Under the pieces are notes generated by a model. The model was not told the origin of the DNA. It was given only the letters and a program-made list of their open reading frames with translations, and did not search any database. Below are positions 48,070 through 57,235 of a stretch of 64,000 bases of DNA, piece by piece (within the stretch, counting starts at the first letter, position 1; every line of letters starts with the position of its first letter). The position numbers were made by a program, and so were the translations under genes. The DNA comes from an uncultured Collinsella sp. (lineage in GTDB: Bacteria; Actinomycetota; Coriobacteriia; Coriobacteriales; Coriobacteriaceae), in NCBI GenBank assembly GCA_959599635.1, contig CAUGJN010000001.1, positions 8,406 to 72,405 of the forward strand. Reading direction: 5' to 3'.

Positions 48070-50286
48070 TTACTTGTCGGTGCCCAGCTTGTGCGGCTTG
48101 AGAGCGAGCGCATTGACGAGCGCGTCGGTGGCAGACTTGACGGCCGCCGGCTGCGGATCGTTGACGTGATCCTCGGGATGCACGGGCAGGTCCTTCTTGA
48201 CTGCATCGTGGATCAAGTTGAGGTACTCAGTCACGCCAGTGGTCGACAGGTGCGTGCCATCGCCATCGAACAGGTCGTTGCGATTGGCACTGTATCCGTA
48301 CCAGTCGATAACGCGCACGTTCTTGTAGCGCGTAGCGGCGTTGGCGATGGCCTGGTTGGTAGAGCCAACCCACGGCTGCGGGCTGCGCGTGTTCACAAAC
48401 ACCACAATACGCTTATCTCCTGCATCGGCCATGATGGCGTCGATCTGGTCGTCGGTTACCAAGCCGTTGGTGCCCAGGGCAAAGACCACGATCTTGCCGG
48501 CAAGGTTCTGCTGGATATAGCCCTCAAATGTCGCGCGGCCCGCATCAAACTGGCGGCCCTTTTCGGCATCGATATGGCTGTGCGGGAACACGCCGTCAAA
48601 GGTGTCCACGGCACGCAGCGACACGGAGTCGCCGATCATAAGCAGATCGTAGGAGCCATCGGGGAAGCCGTCGTTGTCCTTGTCGGTGTCGTCGGCCGCC
48701 TGCTGGTCGGTGGGCGCGGTGTTCTTGGCTTCCTTGTTCAGAACTTCGGCGCCCTCGCCGCTCAGCGCAGACGTCTCGGGCACAAAGATCAGGCCGCCCA
48801 GTGCAACGACCAACACGACAGCGCAGGCTGCGCAGGCAGGGACGTGCGCGCGCACCCAGTTGGCGGGCGTGGCGGTGCCGTCGCGGAACTCGGATACGGT
48901 GCGGCCGAAGGCGCCCTTCCTAAACGGCGTTTCGATAAAGCGATAGGAGCACTCGGCTACGGCGACCACCAGCAGCACCTGCAAAATGTACTGCCACCAG
49001 GGCGTATCGTTGATGTTGGCGACCGGGTTCATGAGCAGCAGCAGCGGATAGTGCCACAGGTAGATGCTGTACGAGCGCTTGCCGACCCACACGAGCGGCT
49101 CGGCTGACAGCGCGCGGGCAACCATTCCCTGGGGCTGCACGCAGGCCGCGATGACCATGAGCGTGAGGATGGAACATAACAGCGTGCCGCCGCGATACTG
49201 GAACGCGGTGTAGCCGTTGGTGAGCGCGACCATGGCGGCAAGGCCAACCAGGCCCGCGACGCCCAACACATCGATGGATGCGGGCGAGGCCCAAAAGCGC
49301 ACGAGGGCGCTCGGCTGTGCCGGGGCGGTCTCGGCTGCTTCGCCGGCCTTCTCGCCAGACTTGCCCTCGGCGTTCTTGCCGTGCTTGGCGGCGCCAGCCA
49401 GGCGATTGAGCCCCAAACGATGTGCGAGACGCACTGGTGCTAGGTCGCGATCGGGGATAAAGGCCATCCAGGCACCCAGCAGTAGCGAGAACACGCGGGT
49501 GTCGGTGCCGTAGTACACGCGGCTGGGGTCGGCGGCAGGGTTGTAAAGCACCATCATGGCGAGGGCAGATGCCGCGGCAAGGCCCAGAACCACGCGGCGC
49601 GTGTTGGGCTTGCTCACATGCATGGATACCATGGCAAACAGCAGTGGCGGCCAAATCAGGTAGAACTGTTCCTCGATGGCAAGCGACCAAAAGTGCGTGA
49701 GTGGCGAGGGGTCGCCCAGAGCATTGAAGTACGAGACGTTTTGGGCAATCTGCCACCAGTTGTTAAAGAACAGCAGCGATGGCAGGATGTCGGGGCGCAT
49801 CTTGGTGAGCATCACGTGGTTAAAGATGGTGCACAGCGCGCAGGTCACGAACACTACCGTTACCACGGCGGGGACCAGGCGACGGATGCGGCGAATCCAG
49901 AAACTCTTAAGGTCGATGCGGCCGGTCTTAGCGACTTCGTTGAGCAGCAAGCGCGTGATCAGATAGCCCGAAAGCACAAAGAAGATCGTGACGCCGAGCA
50001 GACCGCCCTGAGCCCACGTGAGGTTGAGGTGATAGAGCACCACCGCGACGACGGCAAGCGTGCGCAGGCCGTCGAGCGCAGGGATGTAGCGGGACTTGGG
50101 GCGAGCAGGCGTCTGCTCCGCGGCGGGAGTGTTGGCGCGGCCAGCGTTGTTGGCAGAAGCGCGATGGGGGCTCGCGGTGCGTCGCGGCTCGTTGGCACGG
50201 CGCTCGCCCTTCACGCGTTCGTGCGGCGCCGGCTCGTTGCCCGTGCGGCGTCGACCGCGCGAGCCCGATTGCGAGAATTGTTCCAT
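48070..50286 (-). CDS. oatA: OatA-type O-acetyltransferase (AT3 + SGNH)
   Basis: LDGLRTLAV, FFVLSGYLIT, HFWSLAIEEQFY, YYGTDTR; SGNH motifs GDSV, LGTN, DGTH. Confidence 0.9.
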   Translation of the reverse strand: MEQFSQSGSRGRRRTGNEPAPHERVKGERRANEPRRTASPHRASANNAGRANTPAAEQTPARPKSRYIPALDGLRTLAVVAVVLYHLNLTWAQGGLLGVTIFFVLSGYLITRLLLNEVAKTGRIDLKSFWIRRIRRLVPAVVTVVFVTCALCTIFNHVMLTKMRPDILPSLLFFNNWWQIAQNVSYFNALGDPSPLTHFWSLAIEEQFYLIWPPLLFAMVSMHVSKPNTRRVVLGLAAASALAMMVLYNPAADPSRVYYGTDTRVFSLLLGAWMAFIPDRDLAPVRLAHRLGLNRLAGAAKHGKNAEGKSGEKAGEAAETAPAQPSALVRFWASPASIDVLGVAGLVGLAAMVALTNGYTAFQYRGGTLLCSILTLMVIAACVQPQGMVARALSAEPLVWVGKRSYSIYLWHYPLLLLMNPVANINDTPWWQYILQVLLVVAVAECSYRFIETPFRKGAFGRTVSEFRDGTATPANWVRAHVPACAACAVVLVVALGGLIFVPETSALSGEGAEVLNKEAKNTAPTDQQAADDTDKDNDGFPDGSYDLLMIGDSVSLRAVDTFDGVFPHSHIDAEKGRQFDAGRATFEGYIQQNLAGKIVVFALGTNGLVTDDQIDAIMADAGDKRIVVFVNTRSPQPWVGSTNQAIANAATRYKNVRVIDWYGYSANRNDLFDGDGTHLSTTGVTEYLNLIHDAVKKDLPVHPEDHVNDPQPAAVKSATDALVNALALKPHKLGTDK

Positions 50287-50473
50287 AAAACATCATCCAA
50301 TGACGAGAATAATCAGCACGTATTCATTGTAGCCGCCTGCCCCTGTGAATGCTTGCTGCTGGCGCAAGCTCAAGCGCGCGTCCACATCAAAGTGGACTAA
50401 AGTTATAGGGGGTGCGAGAGTGCACAATCGTTGGTCGACGGTGGGCGCAAAGCCTGAAGACGAGGAGGTTTCC

Positions 50474-51469
50474 ATGGCGGATCACAGCATCGTTGCGGTG
50501 TTCGGCAGCATGAACATGGACCTTTCGGTGGCGTGCGAGCGCATGCCGCGCGCGGGCGAGACGGTCGATGGCAGCGGTTTTATCACCAACGCCGGCGGTA
50601 AGGGAGCCAATCAGGCCGTTGCCGCTGCGCGCATGGGTGCGCGCACGTGCATGATCGGCGCTGTTGGGCGCGATACCTTTGGCGATGCGCTTGTGGCAGG
50701 GCTCCAAGATGCCGGCGTGGGCGTTGAGTTCGTGACACGTCTCGACGACGTGGAGACCGGTACTGCGACTATCATTCGCTGTGAGAGCGACAACCGCATC
50801 GTGCTGTCGCCGGGCGCCAACCATGCGCTTGCGGGCGAGGACGTTGCTCACGCGTTGCGAGGTCTGGTAACCGATGAGCTCGATGGCGATGTTTGTGAGT
50901 TTGCCCCGGCTGCCGGAAGCGTCTTTATTGCCCAGGGCGAATGCGATCTGATGGCAACGGCCGCGGCGCTTTCTTGCGCTCACGAGCTGGGGTTCTATAC
51001 GATCTTTAACCCGGCGCCCGCCTGCGACCTGCCGACAGGAGCGTGGCCTGCGGTCGACCTGGTCTGCCCCAACGAGACCGAGTGCCAGGTACTGACGGGC
51101 ATTCTGCCCACAGATGATGCGAGCTGCGTCGCCGCGCTCAATGCGCTGCTCGACAAGGGCGCCGGCGCCGCGGTCATCACGCTGGGCGGCGCCGGCTCGG
51201 TTACGCTCGGCGATGGCGGTGAGCCGCTGCGCATGCCGGCGCTTTCGAGCGTGGTGGTCGATACGACGGCCGCGGGCGATACATTTATTGGCGCGCTTGC
51301 TGCAGCTCGTCTGGAGGGCCTGCCGCTCTTTGAGTGCATGGCGGCGGGCGCTCGCGCCTCGGCGGTGACGGTGTCGCGCTTGGGCGCTCAGCAATCAATT
51401 CCCACGCGTGCGGAAGTCGAGCACAAGTTTGGTTTAGACGGTTTGGATGTAGACGGAGAAGCGGAGTAG
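50474..51469 (+). CDS. rbsK: ribokinase
   Basis: GSMNMD, GGKGANQAVA, NPAP, PNETE, DTTAAGDTF. Confidence 0.92.
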   Translation: MADHSIVAVFGSMNMDLSVACERMPRAGETVDGSGFITNAGGKGANQAVAAARMGARTCMIGAVGRDTFGDALVAGLQDAGVGVEFVTRLDDVETGTATIIRCESDNRIVLSPGANHALAGEDVAHALRGLVTDELDGDVCEFAPAAGSVFIAQGECDLMATAAALSCAHELGFYTIFNPAPACDLPTGAWPAVDLVCPNETECQVLTGILPTDDASCVAALNALLDKGAGAAVITLGGAGSVTLGDGGEPLRMPALSSVVVDTTAAGDTFIGALAAARLEGLPLFECMAAGARASAVTVSRLGAQQSIPTRAEVEHKFGLDGLDVDGEAE

Positions 51470-51473
51470 AACA

Positions 51474-52448
51474 ATGGCAACCAAGAAGCTGATCCTTGAT
51501 CTGGATATGGGTGTGGACGATGCGATGGCGCTCGCCTATGCCATCGCGAGCCCCGAGGTGGAGCTCGTTGGCATCACCACGTGCTTTGGCAACGTGCGCG
51601 TCGAGCAGTCGGCGCACAACTGCTTGGCGGTGCTCGACCTGTTGGGTCGTCCCGAGGTGCCGGTGTACCTGGGCGCCGATCGTCCCATGAAGGCGACCGA
51701 ACCCTACACGCCGCCGGCGTCCACCACGCTTATCCACGGCAAGAACGGTATTGGCGGCGCAAGCGTGCCCGCCTCGCCGTACGAGCCGGTGGGCGCGACG
51801 TCGGCCGATGACAATGCGGCGGTCGATTACCTGATTGATGCCGCGCGTACCTATGGTCCCGATCTGGCCTACGTTGCGACCGGCCCGCTCACCAATCTGG
51901 CACTTGCCCTGGAGCGCGATGCGGCGGCGATGATGTCCATCGGCCGCGTGGTCGTGATGGGCGGTGCGCTTACCGTGCCCGGCAACGTGAGCGCGGGCGC
52001 CGAGGCCAACATGGCGGGCGACCCCGAGGCTGCCGACGCCGTGTTGCGCTCGGGCCGCAAGCTCACCATGGTGGGCTTGGATGTGACGCACCGCGTGGTG
52101 CTCACACGTCGCGACGTTGCCGGCTGGACGGGCTCGGGCACTATGGCTGGCTGCGCGTTTGCGAGCATGGTCGAGCACTATATCGGTTCGTACGAAATGA
52201 ACGCGCCCTACCTGGGCGGCTGCGCGCTGCACGATCCGCTTGCTGTCGCCGTGGCGATCGACCCCACGCTCGTAGGTGCGCTCGGCTGCAACCTGCGTGT
52301 TGATCTGCTGGGTGAATATCGCGGCCGCACCATCTGCGACGAGCACCGTCTGTCCGATCCAGATAAGAGCGCGCTCGTGGCGCTCACCGTGGACGCCCCA
52401 CGTTTCCTCGCGGAGTTTAAGGCACGCATGGCTCGCATCCTTGGCTAA
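51474..52448 (+). CDS. nucleoside hydrolase (IUNH family)
   Basis: DLDMGVDD, GPLTNLA, GNV..AEAN, LHDPLAV. Confidence 0.95.
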   Translation: MATKKLILDLDMGVDDAMALAYAIASPEVELVGITTCFGNVRVEQSAHNCLAVLDLLGRPEVPVYLGADRPMKATEPYTPPASTTLIHGKNGIGGASVPASPYEPVGATSADDNAAVDYLIDAARTYGPDLAYVATGPLTNLALALERDAAAMMSIGRVVVMGGALTVPGNVSAGAEANMAGDPEAADAVLRSGRKLTMVGLDVTHRVVLTRRDVAGWTGSGTMAGCAFASMVEHYIGSYEMNAPYLGGCALHDPLAVAVAIDPTLVGALGCNLRVDLLGEYRGRTICDEHRLSDPDKSALVALTVDAPRFLAEFKARMARILG

Positions 52449-52522
52449 ACGGTTTCTGTGCCCCGATCCAGATTAGCTACCGAGTAAATACGCCCGTTGG
52501 GGGAATAGTCGCGTCGCTTCGC

Positions 52523-52570
52523 TTGACAACAGGCTAAACTAGCTATTAAACATTTACTATTCTGTTTAGA
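52523..52570 (+). promoter_or_regulatory. promoter (-35 TTGACA) and operator box upstream of the LacI gene
   Basis: TTGACA at 52523; tttactattctgtttaga (52553-52570) matches 53833-53850 inverted at 17/18. Confidence 0.6.
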
Positions 52571-52651
52571 TTGAATTTGCGGTCGTTTAGTTGTCGAGTC
52601 ACGGGGCGGTCAGGCCACGATGCTCGACCGCGACCGTTACTAGGGGGAACA

Positions 52652-53662
52652 ATGGCCAAAGCAAGTGTCCGCGAAATCAGCCGCATCACCGGTTTTTCGC
52701 CTGCGACCGTGTCCAACGCGCTCAACCGCAAGCGCAGCGTGAGCGAGGAGACCGCCAAAGTCATCCTGGAGTGCGCGCAGTCGCTCGGCTATCAGCAGTC
52801 GACGCAGCTCGAGAGCATCCAGTTTGTGCTCGCGCGCAAGACGGGCGCCATCCTGGACGAGAGCACCTTCCATCCCGCGGTTATTGAGGGCGTGGAGCGC
52901 CAGGCGCGTCGCCACGGCATGAGCACGAGCTTTGTCTCGCTCGACTTTAGCGACCTGGACGCCGTGCGTCCGCAGGTCGAGGGCCTGATCGCCGACCCGT
53001 CTGCCGCCATCGTGCTGATGGGTACCGAGCTGGGTGAGGAAGATTACGCCCTGTTCGCCAACGCTGCCGCCCACCTGATCGTGCTCGACGGCTGGAGCGA
53101 CCGCCAGTACTTTGATGCCGTAGTCATTGCCAATACCGATTCGGTGCTGCGCGCCGTGGACTACCTTATCGAGAAGGGTCACAGGCAAATCGGCTATCTG
53201 GCAGGCGATCTTCGTATCCGCAACTTTAAGGATCGCGAGCGCGGCTATCGCCAAGCACTTGAGGATGCGGGCCTCGAGGCAAACCCGGCATGGCGCGTCA
53301 CGCTGGGCACCACGCTCGAAGGTGCCTATCGCGATATGGGTGCATGGCTCGACAGCGTCTCACGCGACGACCTGCCGACGGCTTTCTTTGCCGAGAACGA
53401 CGTGCTCGCCGTGGGTGCCATGCGCGCGTTCAACGAGCACGGCATTCGCGTGCCCGAGGATGTCTCGATCATCGGCTTTGACGACCTATCTCTGGGCGCC
53501 TTCTCCAACCCGCCACTCACCACGGTGCATGTTCCCAAACACGAGGTGGGCGAGATCGCGGTGCGCCGTCTGGTGGGTAACATCCGCAATCCCAAGAGCT
53601 ATACCTGCAAAACGGCCGTGTCGACCTATTTTGTCGAGCGCCAGAGCGTGCGCGAAATCTAG
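52652..53662 (+). CDS. LacI-family transcriptional regulator
   Basis: SVREISRITGFSPATVSNALN; RVPEDVSIIGFDD; PPLTTV. Confidence 0.95.
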   Translation: MAKASVREISRITGFSPATVSNALNRKRSVSEETAKVILECAQSLGYQQSTQLESIQFVLARKTGAILDESTFHPAVIEGVERQARRHGMSTSFVSLDFSDLDAVRPQVEGLIADPSAAIVLMGTELGEEDYALFANAAAHLIVLDGWSDRQYFDAVVIANTDSVLRAVDYLIEKGHRQIGYLAGDLRIRNFKDRERGYRQALEDAGLEANPAWRVTLGTTLEGAYRDMGAWLDSVSRDDLPTAFFAENDVLAVGAMRAFNEHGIRVPEDVSIIGFDDLSLGAFSNPPLTTVHVPKHEVGEIAVRRLVGNIRNPKSYTCKTAVSTYFVERQSVREI

Positions 53663-53726
53663 GCGGAGACGGCATTGCCTGCAGCGTGCCAAAGCTCGCT
53701 AGGGCAGTTAACATAGTGCCATTCAG

Positions 53727-53753
53727 AAGAGGATCCTTCGGGGTCCTCTTTTT
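53727..53753 (+). terminator. intrinsic terminator
   Basis: aagaggatcc-ttcg-gggtcctctt-ttt. Confidence 0.85.
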
Positions 53754-53832
53754 GTTTCCCTTGTATGTTCAGATTGTTTACATACCGTTTAGGCTGATTT
53801 CTCTACCGTCTACGGGTATTTCGCGCTAAACT

Positions 53833-53893
53833 TCTAAACAGAAGAGTAAAACATTTAGTAAACAGAACAAAACGAAACATGCGTCTGTTTACT
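53833..53893. promoter_or_regulatory. operator region of the sugar operon
   Basis: tctaaacagaagagtaaa; IR agtaaacaga (53857) / tctgtttact (53884). Confidence 0.6.
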
Positions 53894-53919
53894 GAACATG
53901 TGACTAGGGGAGGACGTAC

Positions 53920-55320
53920 ATGGACAAGATCAAGCTCGGCTTTGTGCCCACGCGCCGCAGTATCTTTAGCGCGCCGGACGCGATCAAGTATCGCGGTCTG
54001 ACGGCTGATCGCCTGCGCGAGATCGGCGTCGAGATTGTGGATATCGACGACATCAACGACGAGGGCCTGCTGTTCGACGACAGCCATATCGCGCCTATCG
54101 TCGAGAAGTTCCGCGCCGAGGGCGTCGACGGCATCATGCTCTGCCACGCCAACTTTGGTACCGAGTATGTCTGCGCCCGCCTTGCCCGCGAGCTCGGCTT
54201 GCCCGTGCTGCTGTGGGGTCCGCGCGACGAGCGCCCCGAGCCCGACGGCACCCGTCTGCGCGATAGCCAGTGCGGCCTGTTCGCCACCGGCAAGGTCCTG
54301 CGTCGCTTCCAGGTTCCCTTCACCTACATGACCAACTGCCGTCTGACCGATCCCGAGTTCGAGCGCGGTGTCTGGGACTTTTTGGCCGTGTGCAACGTGG
54401 TCAAGACTTTCAAGCACACCCGCATCCTGCAGATGGCCACCCGTCCGTTCGATTTCTGGTCGACCATGTGCAACGAGGGCGAGCTGCTCGAGAAGTTCAA
54501 CATCCAGCTTTCGCCCATCCCCATGACCGAGCTTGTCCAGGCCGTGCGCGACGCCCAGGCTGACGAGCAGGCCATGGCAACCATGCTCGCCCACATTGGT
54601 GACAGCTTTGAGATCTGCATCCCCGAGGACAAGGTTCCTGCGGTCGCAGGACTCGCCATTGCCATGAAGCGCCTGGTCGAGAAGTACGGCTGCAACGCCG
54701 GCGCCATCCAGTGCTGGAACGCCCTGCAGGACGAGTTGGGCATTATGCCCTGCGCCGCCAACGCAATCCTCAACGAGATGGGCATCCCCATCGTCTGCGA
54801 GACCGACATCCATGGCGCTATCACCGCGCTGATGGTCGAGGCCGCCGACCTGGGCCGTCACCGCGGCATGTTCGCCGACTGGACCGTGCGTCATCCCGAT
54901 AACGAGAACGGCGAGCTGCTGCAGCACTGCGGCCCCTGGCCCTGCAGCTGCGCGGCCGTCAAGCCCAAGCTCACTTACCCGCTGGCTTTCGATCACCCCG
55001 GCGCGCTGACGGCCGAGGCCAAGCACGGCGACCTCACCCTTGCCCGCTTTGACGGCGACAACGGCGAGTACTCGCTGCTGCTGGGTAACGCCCGCGGCAT
55101 CGACGGCCCGGCCGGCATGGGCACCTACCTGTGGGTCGAGGTCGACAACCTCAAGCGCCTCGAGGCCAAGATCGTCGAGGGTCCCTACATCCACCACTGC
55201 GTCGCCATTCACGCCAACGTGGTGCCGGTGCTCTACGAGGCGTGCAAGTACATCGGCATTGTCCCCGACCTGTACGACCCCATCGAAGAAGACGTCAAAG
55301 CTTACCTGCGAGGAGAGTAG
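53920..55320 (+). CDS. L-fucose/L-arabinose isomerase family protein (candidate apiose isomerase)
   Basis: NFGTE, RDSQCG, IQCW, CETDIHGA, HCG, HH near the C-terminus. Confidence 0.85.
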   Translation: MDKIKLGFVPTRRSIFSAPDAIKYRGLTADRLREIGVEIVDIDDINDEGLLFDDSHIAPIVEKFRAEGVDGIMLCHANFGTEYVCARLARELGLPVLLWGPRDERPEPDGTRLRDSQCGLFATGKVLRRFQVPFTYMTNCRLTDPEFERGVWDFLAVCNVVKTFKHTRILQMATRPFDFWSTMCNEGELLEKFNIQLSPIPMTELVQAVRDAQADEQAMATMLAHIGDSFEICIPEDKVPAVAGLAIAMKRLVEKYGCNAGAIQCWNALQDELGIMPCAANAILNEMGIPIVCETDIHGAITALMVEAADLGRHRGMFADWTVRHPDNENGELLQHCGPWPCSCAAVKPKLTYPLAFDHPGALTAEAKHGDLTLARFDGDNGEYSLLLGNARGIDGPAGMGTYLWVEVDNLKRLEAKIVEGPYIHHCVAIHANVVPVLYEACKYIGIVPDLYDPIEEDVKAYLRGE

Positions 55321-55322
55321 AA

Positions 55323-56159
55323 ATGGCAACTATCGAAGAGCTTGAATCCCTGCGTTGGGACCTTCGCCGCGATTGCGTCGATATCATCATGGCTGGCGCT
55401 GGCGGGCACATCGGCGGCGACATGTCGGTCATCGATGCGCTGATGACCCTCTATGCCAACCACCTCAACATTTCTCCCGAGACCGTCGACGATCCCAACC
55501 GCGATCGCTTCGTACTCTCCAAGGGCCACGCCATGGAGGCCTACTACGCGGTGCTCTGCCACGAGGGCTATCTGGACCTCGACGACGTCAAGGCCCGCTT
55601 CTCTAAGTTCGGCAGCCCCTACATCGGCCACCCCAACAACAAGCTCGAGGGCATCGAGATGAACTCGGGCTCGCTGGGTCATGGCCTGCCCGTGGCCGTC
55701 GGGATGGCGCTTGCCGGCAAGATGGATGGCCGCGACTACCGCGTCTACACCATCATGGGCGACGGCGAGCTTGCCGAGGGCTCGGTCTGGGAGGGCGCCA
55801 TGAGCGGCGGCAACTACCAGCTCGATAACCTGTGCGCGCTCGTGGACCGCAACCGCCTGCAGATCAGCGGCAGCACCGAGGACGTCATGAAGCAGGATTC
55901 GCAGGAGGAGCGCTGGGCCGCCTTCGGTTGGAACGTGCTGTCCATTCCGGGCAACGACGTCCAGGCCATCGACGCCGCGCTGACGCTGGCCGCCGAGACC
56001 AAGGGTAAGCCCACGGTCATCATCCTCAACACGGTGAAGGGCTACGGCTCGCCGGTTATGGAGGACAAGGCCGCCTGGCATCATCACCTGCCCAACGATG
56101 AGGAATATGCCCAGATCATCGCCGATTTCGCTGCCCATAAGGAGGCTATCAATGGCTAA
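55323..56159 (+). CDS. transketolase N-terminal subunit (AptA-like)
   Basis: GGHIGG, DRFVLSKGH, GSLGHG, GDGELAEGSVWE, TVKGYG. Confidence 0.95.
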   Translation: MATIEELESLRWDLRRDCVDIIMAGAGGHIGGDMSVIDALMTLYANHLNISPETVDDPNRDRFVLSKGHAMEAYYAVLCHEGYLDLDDVKARFSKFGSPYIGHPNNKLEGIEMNSGSLGHGLPVAVGMALAGKMDGRDYRVYTIMGDGELAEGSVWEGAMSGGNYQLDNLCALVDRNRLQISGSTEDVMKQDSQEERWAAFGWNVLSIPGNDVQAIDAALTLAAETKGKPTVIILNTVKGYGSPVMEDKAAWHHHLPNDEEYAQIIADFAAHKEAING

Positions 56160-57093
56160 CAAGATCGCCAACCGCAAGGCTATCTGCGACACGCTGCTCG
56201 AGGCCGCCGCAACCGATAAAGACATCGTCGTCCTGTGCTCCGACTCCCGCGGCTCCGCATCGCTCACGCCGTTCTTCGATCAGTATCCCCAGCAGTCCAT
56301 TGAGGTCGGCATCGCCGAGCAGGACCTGGTGAGTATCGCCGCCGGTATGGCCTCGTGCGGCAAGAAGGCCTGGGCCGCCTCGCCGGCGTCCTTTGTGACC
56401 ACGCGCTCGTATGAGCAGTGCAAGGTCGACGTTTCGTACTCCAACACCAACGTCAAGCTCATCGGCATCTCGGGCGGCGTGTCCTACGGCGCCTTAGGCA
56501 TGAGCCATCACTCCGCGCAGGATATCGCCGCCATGAGCGCGATTCCCAACATGCGCGTGTATCTGCCGAGCGATCGATTCCAGACCGCCGAGCTCGTGCG
56601 TGCCCTGGTCGCCGACAACAAGCCGGCCTACATCCGCGTGGGCCGCAACCCGGTGGAGGACGTGTACACCGAGGACGAGTGCCCGTTCCAGATGGATCGC
56701 GCCACCTGGGTGCGTCGCGGCGCCGATGTGACGATTGTCGCCACCGGCGAGATGGTCCGCCATGCCGTGGACGCCGCCGATCTGCTGGCCGAGCAGGGCA
56801 TCTCGGCAACGGTACTCGACATGTATTGCGTCAAGCCGCTCGATGCTGAGGCTGTGATCGAGGCCGCCGGTGCCACGCGCGCCGTCGTGACCGTCGAGGA
56901 GCACAGCCCCTTCGGCGGCCTGGGTTCCATGGTCGCGCAGGTCGTGGGCGAGCATTGCCCGCGTCCGGTCAAGTGCCTCTCCCTGCCCGATGCGCCGGTC
57001 ATCACCGGCACGAGCCCCGAGGTCTTTGCGCACTACGGCCTGACGGGCGAGGGAATCGCCAAGACGGTCGCCGAGGTCCTTCCCGCAGAGTAA
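56152..57093 (+). CDS. transketolase C-terminal subunit (AptB-like)
   Basis: VGIAEQ, GMSHHS, YIRVGR, KPLD, VEEHS..GGLGS. Confidence 0.95.
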   Translation: MANKIANRKAICDTLLEAAATDKDIVVLCSDSRGSASLTPFFDQYPQQSIEVGIAEQDLVSIAAGMASCGKKAWAASPASFVTTRSYEQCKVDVSYSNTNVKLIGISGGVSYGALGMSHHSAQDIAAMSAIPNMRVYLPSDRFQTAELVRALVADNKPAYIRVGRNPVEDVYTEDECPFQMDRATWVRRGADVTIVATGEMVRHAVDAADLLAEQGISATVLDMYCVKPLDAEAVIEAAGATRAVVTVEEHSPFGGLGSMVAQVVGEHCPRPVKCLSLPDAPVITGTSPEVFAHYGLTGEGIAKTVAEVLPAE

Positions 57094-57123
57094 TTGGTGC
57101 ATCGGGGACAGGTTTGCACCAAT
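57093..57123 (+). repeat. GGGGAC-loop hairpin
   Basis: attggtgca-tcggggacaggtt-tgcaccaat. Confidence 0.65.
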
Positions 57124-57235
57124 CCTTTTAGGTTGAATTCTGAGCAGGCCGGCTGCGCTCTCATGAGCCGGTCGGCCACTCGCTCCTTGTCCGTCGGGTT
57201 TTAGTTTTGAATCGACGGGGGAGACAGGAGAGTAC

